A DNA stretch of 63,802 nt, filler included, from Octopus bimaculoides (GCF_001194135.2; 6 parts of 6 records of this genome joined end to end with filler, not necessarily neighbours in it), one strand, 5' to 3'. Shown: positions 11,617 through 25,339, counted from the first letter of the whole stretch. Translations and numbers: made by a program. The notes: generated by a model from the sequence alone, not told the origin.

Positions 11617-11924
11617 NNNNNNNNNNNNNNNNNNNNNNNNNNNNNNNNNNNNNNNNNNNNTATATATATATGTATATATATATATGTATATATATATATG
11701 TATATATATATATATGTATATGTATATATATATGTATATATGTATGCATGTATATAATATATATATATATATACATACATGTGTATATAGATATATATAT
11801 ATATGATTACATCAGCTACAATAACATCTTTTTAAATTTTAAATATTTTAATGAATTATAATATATGAAGATAAAAAAGAAATTGTTATATTTTAAAAAG
11901 AATGCAAGGACAATTACCGCACAA

Positions 11925-12347
11925 GTATGATGATGATGATGATGATGATGATGAGCATAATAATTAACAAATATTATATCACTCATAACGTTAAAAATAA
12001 CTATAGTAGATGCGTATGTTTTAATGCCAGTAATCAGCATTATTAGCATTGTTATAATGATTATTATCATTAGTAGTAGTAGTGGTAGCAGCAGTAATAG
12101 TAGTAGTGGTGGTGGTGGTGATGGTGTCTGTGGTAGCTTTAACGATAAATTATATTCAAAATAAAGATAACAACAACAACAACAACAACAATAATAATAA
12201 TAATTTTCTAAATATGGAGAAATACAAATAATATACAGTATAGTCATATAATTATGAATATAGTTATGTATATTATTATCATTGTGGTTGTTACTTCTAT
12301 CATAATTATGACTATTGACATTGATGTTGTTATTATCATCATCATCA

Positions 12348-12419
<72 letters not shown>

Positions 12420-12661
12420 TATTATTATTATTATTTTATTATCAGTATAGGCGACGAGCTTGATAGAAACGTTAGCATGCCGGGCAAAATGCATAGCGGC
12501 ATTTCGTCCGGCATTTACGTTCTGAGTTCAAATGCCAACGAGGTCGACCTTGCTTTTCATCTTTTCTAGTTATCGACCTAGAACGTGTCGGTTATGTACT
12601 GCGGTCGATAGTATCGGCTGGCCCCCAACCTCTGAAATTTTAAAGGATACTATTATTTTTA

Positions 12662-12696
<35 letters not shown>

Positions 12697-13283
12697 AGCA
12701 TCGATATTATCAAGGTCGCTGTCACCGTTAGTATCATCCTCATAATCATTACGGTCAGTGTTTCTGTGTTTGATAACGCTCATTTTGTGATAGGATATTG
12801 CAAGCCTGCGCTCCAAATAATACAGACTGTCAAAAAACAAAAAGTCTGTGAAAGGCATGCTCACCACATCATCTAACATATAAAGTAAAATCTCACACGT
12901 CCTGTTTTACTTTTCTCGATGTCTTCTTCATTATCAACATTTCATTTTTCTTTTTTCTTCACTGTTAATATTACTTATCCTAATCATTATTTTCAGTATT
13001 ATTTTCACTACCATTATTCAAGGCAGCGAGCTGGCAGAATCGTTAGCTTAGCCCGGCAAAACGCCTAGCAGTATTTCGTCCGTCTTTTTACTTTTTGAAT
13101 TCAAATTCCACCGAGGTTTACTTTGCCTTTCATCCTTCCGGAGTCGATAAAACAAATACCAATTGAATACTGGGGTCGTTATAATCGACTTACCCTTTCC
13201 CTCGAAACTTGCTGGCCTTGCGCCAAAATTATTATTTATTTATTTATTCATTCATTTTTATTAGTAGTAGTATCATCATCTCA

Positions 13284-13318
<35 letters not shown>

Positions 13319-14220
13319 TTTATTTATTCATCTTTTATTAGTAGTGGTATCGTTTATCTCAATTATTCTCATTATTATAAATTTATTATTATTATTATTA
13401 CTATTATTATTATCATTATCATTATTGTTGTTGTTGTTATTATTACATGAACAGTGTATGATAATATTGGTCGTAATAATGGTAAAAAAACGGTAAAATT
13501 AATGAATATACTCGTAATTATAACGACCATGAAGATGAGGTAATAGCAAGGAGCCATGTTAATGATGATGATGATGATGATGAAGAGAAGGAGAAAAGGA
13601 GGAGGAAGGGAGGCGGAGGAAGAGGAGGGGGAGGAAAGCATTTGCATCGGTGTAATAAGTTGTGTTGAAATTTATTTGTGTGACATCAGCAAAGTATTTC
13701 ATTAATGGTGTTCTTGACTGTGAGAATGATGATGATGTTGTTGCTGGTGACGACGACGATGATGTTGATGTTGATGATGGTAAAGAAACATTAGTCGATT
13801 AAGCATATGCAACATCAGTGCTGAGTCGATGACAATGATGGTGGTGAAGAGGTTTTGTCAACAACAGCAACAACAAAAACAATAATGATAATTAAGTAAT
13901 AATAATAATAATAATAATAATAATGATAATAGTAATAATGGTGCTGCTGATGGGAAGATGGGGAAGCGGAGATCGGTTGTGGCTGAGTAAGATTAGTGGA
14001 AAGAAGAGGAGTAAGAGGTGGAGAGAGAGGAAGTGGGTGAGGATATTGATATTCGTGGCGATGATGATGATGATGACATAATGATGACGATGACATAATG
14101 ATGACGATGACATAATGATGACGATGACATAATGATGACGATGACATAATGGTGACGATGATGGTGATGATGATGACGGTGATGATGAGGATGATGATGA
14201 TGATGATGATGATGATGCAA
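11925..14220. repeat. Compound trinucleotide microsatellite zone (ATG/ATT/ACT/GTT/GAT, plus a 15-bp GACATAATGATGACG tandem at about 14075-14150)
   Basis: Directly visible; accounts for the homopolymeric ORFs in the track. Confidence 0.9.
12448..13230 (+). mobile_element. Two SINE family A copies (about 12448-12640 and 13020-13230)
   Basis: Both begin (A)GGC(G/A)(A/G)CGAGCT..GAA..GTTAGC and follow the family consensus; each is preceded by an ATT-rich tract. Confidence 0.8.
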
Positions 14221-14424
14221 ATGACTGCTTCGTCAACTCAAATACTTAATATTTTTGCTGTGTCCGTCCTCTGACAAATATATCCTCTCAAATAAAGCTA
14301 ATTTTTGAATAATACGTTTCTTAGAAAGAAAGAATGAACGAAAGAAAGAAAGAAGAAGGTGAAAGTGAGTGTAAAAGTAAGAGAATGACGCATTGTCAAA
14401 TGTGTATAAGACGCACATAAACAT

Positions 14425-14471
<47 letters not shown>

Positions 14472-15130
14472 NNNNNNNNNNNNNNNNNNNNNNNNNNNNN
14501 NNNNNNNNNNNNNNNNNNNNNNNNNNNNNNNNNNNNNNNNNNNNNNNNNNNNNNNNNNNNNNNNNNNNNNNNNNNNNNNNNNNNNNNNNNNNNNNNNNNN
14601 NNNNNNNNNNNNNNNNNNNNNNNNNNNNNNNNNNNNNNNNNNNNNNNNNNNNNNNNNNNNNNNNNNNNNNNNNNNNNNNNNNNNNNNNNNNNNNNNNNNN
14701 NNNNNNNNNNNNNNNNNNNNNNNNNNNNNNNNNNNNNNNNNNNNNNNNNNNNNNNNNNNNNNNNNNNNNNNNNNNNNNNNNNNNNNNNNNNNNNNNNNNN
14801 NNNNNNNNNNNNNNNNNNNNNNNNNNNNNNNNNNNNNNNNNNNNNNNNNNNNNNNNNNNNNNNNNNNNNNNNNNNNNNNNNNNNNNNNNNNNNNNNNNNN
14901 NNNNNNNNNNNNNNNNNNNNNNNNNNNNNNNNNNNNNNNNNNNNNNNNNNNNNNNNNNNNNNNNNNNNNNNNNNNNNNNNNNNNNNNNNNNNNNNNNNNN
15001 NNNNNNNNNNNNNNNNNNNNNNNNNNNNNNNNNNNNNNNNNNNNNNNNNNNNNNNNNNNNNNNNNNNNNNNNNNNNNNNNNNNNNNNNNNNNNNNNNNNN
15101 NNNNNNNNNNNNNNNNNNNNNNNNNNNNNN

Positions 15131-15162
<32 letters not shown>

Positions 15163-15609
15163 TGGGTGCTTTGCATGTGTAAATATTATTTGGTCGTAGT
15201 TGCCTGAGTTCGATCCCTTGTAAAGGAGGGCAAGTAACCAGCTTCAGGACAATCGTTTCTCACGTTTTCTAAGACAGACACAGCATGCATGCATGTATAT
15301 ATGTTTGTATGTGTGTATGTGTGTGCGTGTGTGTGCGTGTTTGTATGTCTGTCTGTCTGTATATTATATATATATATATACATACATACATATATACATA
15401 CATATACATATATATACATATATACATACATATATATATACATATACATATATATACATATATATATATACATATATACATATACATATATACATATACA
15501 TATATATACATATATATATATGTACTGACACACGCACCGCACGCACACACACACTGTAGTGACACATAGCACAATATTGTATACCGTGGTGTCATGTACA
15601 GGTTTATAC

Positions 15610-15673
15610 CTCTGGTCCAGTTGTCCAGTATGATGATGTTCCAGCCAGAGCATTTGGATAGAGATATAAAAAC
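15610..15673 (-). CDS. Candidate 64-nt exon (frame unresolved)
   Basis: AATCTGCAG acceptor, GAG|GTATAA donor; all three frames are open (e.g. [21 protein letters not shown]). Confidence 0.25.
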
Positions 15674-16199
15674 CTGCAGATTCTATTTCCACGTGTAAGA
15701 CGTTCAATTAATTAAACTTGTCATCGTCGATATCGACGTAGAATCGATATATTTTTATATGTATATTTTTGTGAAGTAGTTCAATACAACTGCCATAAAT
15801 TCATCTCACCAAATTTAGTCTTCTACTTAAAAAATCCCAAAAAATCGTTTAATGTTATCATCACTACTCTCATCACCTACGTTACTATCATAAACAATCC
15901 TTAAAAAGACAAAAAAAAACATTTCATAACAATAATAATGAAAATAATAAAAATAATGATAATAATAATAATGAAAAGGAAAATATGTGGTGGGGAGGGT
16001 TATCTGTTTGTAAGTATCGATCCATGCATATGTGTGTATGTATGTTTGAATGCATATACACATATGCACATACGCTGCCTAAATTTACACGTGTTCATAT
16101 CAAGGTTTACACTGGTTCTGCCTCCTGGGAAGCAAAATATATGAATCCTTTCTTTGTCTGTGCACGCACGCACACACACAGACATATATATATATAGCC

Positions 16200-16240
<41 letters not shown>

Positions 16241-17664
16241 NNNNNNNNNNTGTGTGAATGTACGCACGCGTTATATTTTCTCAAAAAATATTGTTTTGTG
16301 CTTTTATCATTTTCGCCGTTAACTTTTTCTTATATTTTCGAATGAGTTCCTTTTAGAGAATTTAGAAATCTAGACGGTTAAGGGCTTGAAATTCGTTTTG
16401 GGGTTTTCATATTCTCTTCAGATTGATGTAATATTGGCGTTTATTGCTGCCGATTTGTATAGTTTTCAGGCTCAATATCTTAGTTATTAGTTATTAGCGC
16501 CGAATTTTATTTCAGTTTCGATCATTCAACGTTAGTCTATCGTCAGTCAAATGTATATTATTTTAAGCAGGCGTACGTTTATGCGTGATGGACCTATGAC
16601 ATGAGTATTTATTTCTTTTGAGTAATGCTTCTATGATTAATCTTCTTTATTTGTATCAAATTTTATTGGATATAGTCGAGCTGCTCACTAGTGTTTCCTC
16701 TTAAGTTTTTTTAAATATTGCTTAGTGTAGTGCACTGCAATTTCGCATTGTTGTATGTGCATGGTAAACCTGTAGAAAAGTGTCGTGAATGTATGGCCAT
16801 GAAATCTTTCGGAGACGGGACGGGACGTTTACGGCTTTCCCGTTTGCTATGAAATTTATCATATATGTATGCGCTGGAGAGAGAGAGAGAGAGAGAGATA
16901 GAAAGGGAGAGAGAGACAGAGAATAAAGGAAGGAAGGAAACTTCAACGCAAAAGAACGCCACAGTTGTACACAACATAAACAGGGTTATCAATAGACATG
17001 TGGCAATGGCGACTACAGAGATTACTAAATGTTTCTGTAATAAAACTTCTACTGCTGCTGACACGGTTGACATGGCTTATTATAGCGTAGCTGGCGCTAT
17101 GGCTTCAAATCTTCTAATTCAACATTGTCATTTTCAAACTGGATTGAATTTTTTTTTAAATCTATCAATCACGATGTGTGGCCAATGTAGTTTGTAGTAG
17201 TGCAGCGAAACTGGAAATTATTACGAGGGATTGGTTGCAGCATTAACAGAATCGTAGGTGGATCAGCCAAAGTGTTTTTCGATAATTAATAGTAATCTGG
17301 CATCTGAGTTCGAATCCGGCTTAGGCTCGATAACCAAAATCGCCCGCACCATGGAAAGTGCAACATTGTGCAATAGTTAGAACTCGTAGTCATTACGAAA
17401 ACCTGTACTAGTAGCATAGTAGTAAACTTTTAAACGCCTTAGTCAAAGGAAGATGGTAAAGCCCCAAACCTCTCCTTAACTGGGCATCAAAGTCAGGTGG
17501 AAGTAACGGATAAAAGAGGAACAACTCAAGAGAGTGCCACATTTGGAAACAGCACCTGGAGACATGTATGTATAATTATTTGTTATGAGTAATGCTTCCA
17601 TTATCAATCGTCTATATTTGTAACAAAGTTTATTTGATATAGACGAAACAGCTGGTGAACATAC

Positions 17665-17792
17665 ATTGTTACCTTCAAAACTGATACTGGGTCCGTACGC
17701 ATGCAGGAGAATAGAACCCCGCTAAAGGCGGCCGGCATTTGTTGGGATGATGACGGTGGAGAAATTTTATAGAACTTATTAAATTTAACTTC
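17665..17792 (-). CDS. Candidate exon (EVKFNKFYKISPPSSSQQMPAAFSGVLFSCMRTDPVSVLKVT)
   Basis: TTTTATAACAG acceptor; 40-42 open codons; donors GTAACA (exon end 17673) or GTATGT (exon end 17665). Confidence 0.3.
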
Positions 17793-17929
17793 CTGTTATA
17801 AAACCACTGCTGTTGTTACTGCTATGGTTGTTCTTGGGTTACATGGTGTAGGACTTGATTAAGGACAGGCAAATTTTGTGAACCCACAACTGACCCTCAA
17901 TTACTACTTTGCGCATATAAACAATATCT

Positions 17930-18440
17930 CGAGTTTTTCGACATGTAGGGAGGTTCCATGGCGTATGCCCGGGTTTCATGCCGTATGCGTGACCGAGATG
18001 ACATTACCTCCGATGAAAGGGAGGCCACTCCGTCGCAAGGTTACTCATTTACAGCTGGGTGGACTGCAGCAATATGAATTTAAATGTTTTGCTCAAGTGC
18101 TCAAGAATTCGACGCACCGCCTAGTCCAAGAATCGGAACCACGGTCTTGAGATCGTGAGCGCAACACTTACCACTACGTTACGAGCCTTACCATTTGGAT
18201 TTCTATGGTTGCTTTGGTACGTTCACGCTGATTTTGCGTGTGGAGAAAAACTATGGCATTTCACACACTACATCTCTTTCGCATTATATATGCATATTGA
18301 AGGCGGTCTGAGTTCACATTCCGCCGTTGGTCGACTTTGCCTTTCATCCTTTCTGGGTCGATAAAAATAAGTACCAGTTAAAGACAAGGGACGATGTAAT
18401 CGACTCATCCCCCTTGCCCCAAATCAGTGCCCTTGTGACA
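17930..18440. mobile_element. SINE family B-related copy (about 17930-18190, -) and family A fragment (about 18295-18440, +)
   Basis: TTACAGCTGGGTGGACTGCAGCAATATGAATTTAAATGTTTTGCTCAAG; GAGTTCACATTCCGCC..GTCGACTTTGCCTTTCATCC. Confidence 0.7.
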
Positions 18441-18849
18441 ATATTTGATACTATTATATATGCATATATATATATACATACAACATACAGACATATATTC
18501 ATATATAGTACACATACACACACATAACTGCAAGCATACATACATATATATATATATTTATATATATATATATATATATATATANNNNNNNNNNNNNNNN
18601 NNNNNNNNNNNNNNNNNNNNNNNNNNNNNNNNNNNNNNNNNNNNNNNNNNNNNNNNNNNNNNNNNNNNNNNNNNNNNNNNNNNNAGATGAAAAAGACAGC
18701 AACGCGAGGACATGCTATGTATTAATAAGACGCTCAGAGAAGGAAGGAAGGAAAGAGTGGTTGCTTTACGTTTTGAGCGAAGCTATTCTTCAGAAACAGG
18801 AGACAGAGGAAAGTCCAAAAGAAAAGGAAGAAGGAAAATTATCGCCAAT

Positions 18850-18965
18850 AGTCTAGTACTTATTCTATCGGTGTCTTTTGTCGAACCGGTAAGTTACGGG
18901 AACGTAAACACACCAGCATCGGTTGTCAAGCGATGGTGGGGAAACAAACAGACGCACACAAACAC

Positions 18966-19002
<37 letters not shown>

Positions 19003-19245
19003 GACGGGCTTCTTTCAGTTTCTATCTACCAAATCCATTCGCAAGGCTTTGGTCGGCCTGAGGCTAAAGTAGAAAAGACACTTGCGCAAGGTGCCACGCA
19101 GAGGGACTGATCCCGGAACCATGTAGTTGGGAAGCAAGCTTCTTATAACACAGCCACGCCTGCGCCTATATTCGACTAAAAATTCTTCAAAGCGGTGCCC
19201 CAGCATGGCTGCAGTCTGATGACGGAAACAAGGAATAAAGGATAA
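18850..19245 (-). mobile_element. SINE family C pieces
   Basis: CTAGTACTTATTCTATCGGTGTCTTTTGTCGAACC..ACGACGGGCTTCTTTCAGTTTC..GGAACCATGTAGTTGGGAAGCAAGC. Confidence 0.8.
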
Positions 19246-19513
19246 AAGACAAACACACACACACACACACACACCATACATGTTGGTGTGTTCTTTGTTT
19301 TTATGTGTACGAAAAGGGCGAACATTAATTGATCAGAAGATTCACAAAACTAAAGCCTGCTATTCTTAAATGCGATTCCGAAGTTTCGAGTAGAGTATGG
19401 TTTATTCAAGTAAGCTGTATACTCGAAGAAACTGCGAAGTCACTGTCGACAAAGTTAATAAAATATAGTTATTGAATATATAAAGCATGTGTAAGTGCAC
19501 TTGTCTGTCTGTC

Positions 19514-19572
<59 letters not shown>

Positions 19573-19880
19573 GATTATGGTCATAGCAGTGTGAAATCGC
19601 ATGTACTTATCNNNNNNNNNNNNNNNNNNNNNNNNNNNNNNNNNNNNNNNNNNNNNNNNNNNNNNNNNNNNNNNNNNNNNNNNNNNNNNNNNNNNNNNNN
19701 NNNNNNNNNNNNNNNNNNNNNNNNNNNNNNNNNNNNNNNNNNNNNNNNNNNNNNNNNNNNNNNNNNNNNNNNNNNNNNNNNNNNNNNNNNNNNNNNNNNN
19801 NNNNNATATATACGTACATACCTAAATGCATACACATACCTATGTAAGAGTATTATAGACAGACAGAGAAAGAGATCGAC

Positions 19881-19912
<32 letters not shown>

Positions 19913-19914
<2 letters not shown>

Positions 19915-20145
19915 GGCGCGAGCTGGCAGAAACGTTGGCACGCTGGGCGAAATGCTTAGTGGTATTTCGTCTGTCTTTACGTTCTGAGTTCAAATTCCGC
20001 CAAGGACGACTTTCCCTTTCATCCTTTCGGAGTCGATAACTTAAGTACCAGTTACGCACTAGGGCCGAGGTAATCGACTTAATCCCTTTGTCTGTCCTTG
20101 TTTGTACCCTCTGTGTTTAGCCCCTTGTGGGCAATAAAGAAATAA
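19913..20145 (+). mobile_element. SINE family A, complete copy with a distinct 3' tail, inserted in (GATA)n
   Basis: Full consensus followed by TTTGTACCCTCTGTGTTTAGCCCCTTGTGGGCAATAAAGA. Confidence 0.85.
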
Positions 20146-20252
20146 GATAGATAGATAAAGCACACACGCAAACAAATACACATACATACACATTTACACA
20201 CCGCGTTTATTTACGGCAATGTCGCTAAGTTTAAGCAATCAGCTGTGCCTAT

Positions 20253-20328
<76 letters not shown>

Positions 20329-21044
20329 ATATATATATATATAACTTTGTTATAATATATTTTTGACGTATATATTTTATTAAGCTTATAGGTAGATCTA
20401 GGGGCTGGATACAGAGAGGAGCCAATATGCATTACTGCTTGGCTCATGCAACAGCCATCCCCTTACACACGCACACACCTTTAATATATTGACGATGTGT
20501 GTGTGCGCGTGTGTACGTGTGTGCGTGCGTGCGTGTGTGTAATACACAGGTTTAGTGTTAAAACTAAAAAGCTGATAGTGACGTCATTGTCACAAGACAA
20601 CTTTACGTTATGTCATCTTTTACAGGTAGTTAATATTTGTGTTGGTGCCAGCTGTTTTTCTCTTGTGCCGCTTATTTAGTCGATGACGACTATGTACCCG
20701 CTATACACCCGATGCACACACATACGAACACACATAGACACAGACGTATTTTTGATATTGTTATATACTCGTACAGACTCACACGTTTGACAGTTAATCA
20801 TGTATACACGAATACGATGTACGGTATATACACGTTAATAGATAAACACACGTTATTATAAGACAGATGTAAATTCGTAGATACATATAGAGAGAGACTA
20901 TACATTTACAATGTATATATTAACACTGTTTAACCATACGGGTACACTTACACACACACACACACACACACAATATATATNNNNNNNNNNNNNNNNNNNN
21001 NNNNNNNNNNNNNNNNNNNNNNNNNNNNNNNNNNNNNNNNNNNN

Positions 21045-21082
<38 letters not shown>

Positions 21083-22135
21083 CAACGTATCCAAAAATAA
21101 TTCTGTTAATCCTTCTCTTTCTTTCTTTCTTTCTCTCTCTCGCTTTCTTCCTTATTTATAATTTTGTGGTTTATTGAAATAAGACTTCGAAGTCACAGTT
21201 AACACAATTATAAATATTATATTCTACATATATATTAAATGCCTTGATCTGTGACTTCGTTTTATAAAATAGAGATAGATAGATAGATAGATAGATAGAC
21301 AAATAGATAGATAGACAAATAGACAGATAGATAGACAAAAAGATAGATAGATAGATAGACAGATAGATAGATAACACACATGCAAACACATACATACGTG
21401 CACATATGTATATATAGGTATATACATATTTATAAATATATTTATGTGTGTGTGTGCGTTAAATACATGTTCACGTGTGTACGCGCACGCATGGAAGAAT
21501 TTTATAATTCATGCGATTATGTGTATGTGTGTGTGTGTGTGTGTGTGCGCACATGTTTACGGTTATATATATATGAGTGTGCGTGTGTGTGTGTGTGGAT
21601 CTATGTGTGTATGTGTGTGTTAATGAGATTCAACATGTGTTGAAAAATGTGTTAGTTCCTTGTATGTTTTGTGTTCGTGTTCTTGTGGTCTTCACAGTGC
21701 TGTTGTGGCTGTTTCTATTGTCCAGCGTTATTTTGGGATAAGTCTATCTTAACTGAGCAGCTCTATCATCAAAGTTGTTCTACCCGTGGCCATTCCATCG
21801 ATGACGATTACATTATCCAGTATTTCCTTTCGTATTCTTTCTGGCTTAAACCGTTCCGTGATAGGAGGGTGAACTGGCTGCTATTTCTAACAGTTGTGAC
21901 TACGCAGAAGTGGTTCTCTCGGTGGATGAAGAGTGTTGTCGTCTTTGTTGTTTGTTGCTTCACCTTCCGCCAGCGTGTCCAACAGACCTGTGATCAAAGT
22001 CAATCCGTCCATGACTCTCCCGTCTTTTCAGAGGTATGTAGGATTACATTTCCAATGTGTAAAACCATTTGTGAACATGAGGGAGATTTGACCGTTTCTT
22101 TTAGCTAGTCAATGACGCATTGAAACTCTTCTGTG

Positions 22136-22535
22136 TTGAGTGAGAGAGTTGAGTGAAAGTGCCGAGTGAAAGTGTCGAGTGAAAGTTTAGAGTGAAGGTG
22201 TCGAGTGAAAGTTTCGAGTGAGAGAGAGTATTTAGTAAATGAGTGTGTCAAGTGAGTGAGAGTGCGGAGTGAGTGTCGAGTGAGCGAGAGTGCTGAGTGA
22301 GAGTGTTGAGTGTGAAGTGAGTGAAATTAGTAAGTGAGAATGCCGAGTGTAGATTGAGTGAATGTCTCGAGTGAGAATGTCGAGTGTGAATACCGAGTGA
22401 GTGAGAGTTCTTAAAAGAGAGTGTCGAGTGAGAGTGTCGGGTGAGTGAAAGAATCGAGTGAAACTTTTGAGTAAGTGAGTTTGCTCAGTGATGGAGTATC
22501 GCGTGAGTGAAAGTGTTGAGTGAGTGAACGTGTCG
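22136..22535. repeat. Degenerate minisatellite built on GAGTGA(AAGTGTC)
   Basis: About 30 imperfect units of roughly 11-17 bp, e.g. GAGTGAAAGTGCC / GAGTGAAAGTGTC / GAGTGAAAGTTTA. Confidence 0.85.
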
Positions 22536-22576
22536 AGAAATAACTACGTTCCTCTCTCAAACGCTTAACTCCTTAC

Positions 22577-22600
22577 CTGCCATGAGCCCCATTTAGGGAT
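22577..22600 (-). CDS. Candidate 24/27-nt micro-exon (IPKWGSWQ)
   Basis: TTTTTTAG-CAG (NAGNAG) acceptor, CAG|GTAAGG donor. Confidence 0.3.
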
Positions 22601-22728
22601 CTGCTAAAAAAGTCTCATTGCAGGTTGTGCGTTGTATTCAAAGTGAATTGCTTATGGACATTGCAGTTGCAGAAGTGTGTTTAATAACAATATTTTGTAA
22701 TTGAAGTTTGTCATTATTAGTTCTGGCA

Positions 22729-22935
22729 AAGGCGGCGATGCTGGCAGAACCGTTAGCACGCCGGCCGAAATGCTTAGCGGTTACGTTCCGAGTTCAAATT
22801 TCGCCGTGGTCGATTTCGCCTTTTATCCTTTCGGGATCGATAAATTAAGTACCAGTTGCGTACTGTGGTCGATCTAATCGACTGACCCCACCTCTCCAAA
22901 AAGTTCAGTCCTTGTGCCTAGAGTAGAAAAGATTA
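22729..22935 (+). mobile_element. SINE family A
   Basis: AAGGCGGCGATGCTGGCAGAACCGTTAGCACG..GAGTTCAAATT..GATAAATTAAGTACCAG. Confidence 0.85.
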
Positions 22936-23093
22936 TAAGCTCTGGCTAATTCTAGAGGACATTTTATGTCATAAATCACAATTTCTGAACGGCAGAAATA
23001 TCGACTGTTTTGGAAAATATTTTTGTTTTTTGTTTCCCATCAAAATATCATTCATTGATATTTCATACACACTCGCATTTGATTCTTTAGTTT

Positions 23094-23134
<41 letters not shown>

Positions 23135-23396
23135 AAAATATTTATTATTGCAATGAAAAGAAAAAAAAAATTTGATTTTCTTCAGCGATCCACATTTGGG
23201 ACTTCTCGAAAAATTTATAATTTCCAAAATATAATTCACATATGAAGAAAATTTAAATACTCTATTATTTTAACTCCTAAGACACCAGGCAAAGCTAAAG
23301 AATGTGAATAAAAAAAATTGGCAGTTAAAGGTTTAACATAGCTCAACATGTTTCCAGAGACGGAAACATATTCTCTGAATTCTGTTGCAGACTTAC

Positions 23397-23442
23397 CCAA
23401 GTGTATGTGGCAAAAACAAAACAGGAATTCTGAAAGAAGTAT
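23397..23442 (-). CDS. Candidate exon (YFFQNSCFVFATYTW)
   Basis: TAGTTTTACAG acceptor and consensus TGG|GTAAGT donor; phase 2 to 0. Confidence 0.35.
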
Positions 23443-23679
23443 CTGTAAAACTAGTTTTTAAACACCGAATGGTTACGTGGGGTGGCGGGCACCAAAGGGA
23501 AATAGTAACCAAAGTGGAAGGGGCGGGCATAGCTAAAAAGTGGCTGAGAATCCCTTGCATAGAAGCTCTTTCATCGATTGACTTGATCTAGTATGCCATG
23601 TTTGTCTGAAGAGAGTGTTAATATCAACATCAGAAACCGTCAATCTGGGAGACAGCATTATGCATAACTTATATAGTAC

Positions 23680-24000
23680 CATGGCTTATAGGTTAGAGTG
23701 TCGGGCTCACAATCATAAGGTAGGGAACTCGATTCTTGGACCAGGCTGTGTGTTGTGTTCTTGAGCAAGACACTTTATTTCATGTTGCTCCAGTTCGCTC
23801 AGCTGTAGAAACAAATAGTGACGTCACTGGTGCCAAGCTGCATCAGCCTTTGCTTTCCCTTGGATAGCATCGGTGGCGTGGAGAGGGGAGGCTAGTATGC
23901 TGTTCTTCCATAAACAACCTTTCCTGGACTTGTACCTCGGAAAAGGGGGGATTTTCAAGGTGCAGTCCCATGGTCATTCATGACTGAAGGGAGTCTTTAC
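23680..24000 (+). mobile_element. SINE family B-related copy
   Basis: ATGGCTTATAGGTTAGAGTG..TCGATTC..TTGAGCAAGACACTTTATTTCATGTTGCTCCAGTTCGCTCAGCTG. Confidence 0.75.
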
Positions 24001-24695
24001 CCTTTTATCCTTTTTTTTTATATAGTACCTTAATAAACAGGGATAATTTAGCTGTTTCTCCGTTGACTGAACATAAAGGTTGAACTATCTTAATTTTCGA
24101 ATCTTATTGTCCTCTCATCAGAGGTTTCATTTCGATTTGACCAATCTCAGTGAAACAAGAAGCCAATTCGTTTCTATATTCCACAATTAAAATAGCTTCA
24201 CAAAACTGGGGCCACTAACTGGCACGCTATAAGTGTTAACACTTTATTCAATATCAAGGGCCTATAATAGGAATCTCAGTCCATACAGTACCAAGGTATG
24301 ATGTATATAACCTTTATAGGACTTTTATACATACTTCTACAAGGCAAAGCGGTCATTTCATCAACGCGTCACATCAGACATGATGATGGTTTTGGCGGTG
24401 TTAAGGACAAGCAATTGTTTGATGTATATTGTTTTTGTATTATCGTGTGGCTTTTTTTTCTTTTTTGATTTCTTTTATCTTTTTTTTTCTTTTCTTTGTA
24501 TTATATCGAAAACCACCAATCCGGAAAGAACATTTGAACTTCCACACACGGTGATATAAAAAAAAGTGAATTGTCATTTTGATAGACCTGATTAAAGCTA
24601 ATTTGTAGAATTATCTGGTCTAATGACTAGAGTCGGGCGGAATAATTGGATTGGAAATTTACCTCCATTTCTCTCTTCCTCTCTTCAAATATATA

Positions 24696-24733
<38 letters not shown>

Positions 24734-25339
24734 TATGTATTCTTTATATATAATTCGTTCAACCGGAACCAAACTGTCTAAAACTAAGTTTCAGGTGACC
24801 TAATTGAATTACTTATACAATATGTCCTATATTGAGCACATCTGTTTCCAGCTCATTACCATTAACACACACACACGCACATACACACATCTACATATAT
24901 ATATATATATATATATATATCAAAGTTGANNNNNNNNNNNNNNNNNNNNNNNNNNNNNNNNNNNNNNNNNNNNNNNNNNNNNNNNNNNNNNNNNNNNNNN
25001 NNNNNNNNNNNNNNNNNNNNNNNNNNNNNNNNNNNNNNNNNNNNNNNNNNNNNNNNNNNNNNNNNNNNNNNNNNNNNNNNNNNNNNNNNNNNNNNNNNNN
25101 NNNNNNNNNNNNNNNNNNNNNNNNNNNNNNNNNNNNNNNNNNNNNNNNNNNNNNNNNGTGTGTGTGTGTGTGTGTGTGTGAAGTAGTGTATACATCAAGC
25201 ATGCGCTATGAAGCAACGTGTTGAAACACACACACACACTTCACATTCACATACGCTTGACGGGTAAAAAGATTATTAGAAACAAACAAGCTCCCCGTTA
25301 GAGAAAGAGCGAGAGAGAGAGAAAGTGGGTGAGAGATAA

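Noticed and set aside
12640-12879. 79-aa acidic/Asn-rich ORF
   Set aside because: It is largely decayed trinucleotide repeat, with no recognisable domain or donor site.
14246-14319. Exon KRIIQKLALFERIYLSEDGHSKNI
   Set aside because: The donor is weak (GTATTT), the peptide could be a Tc1/mariner C-terminus, and its downstream link was the rejected transposase exon.
19205-19230. Hammerhead ribozyme (CTGATGA-CG-GAAAC); also CTGATGA cores near 24115 (minus), 43914 and 45577
   Set aside because: Stem II is impossible, or the GAAA/stem I/stem III pairings are absent. The 19.2 kb case is a variant of a SINE end.
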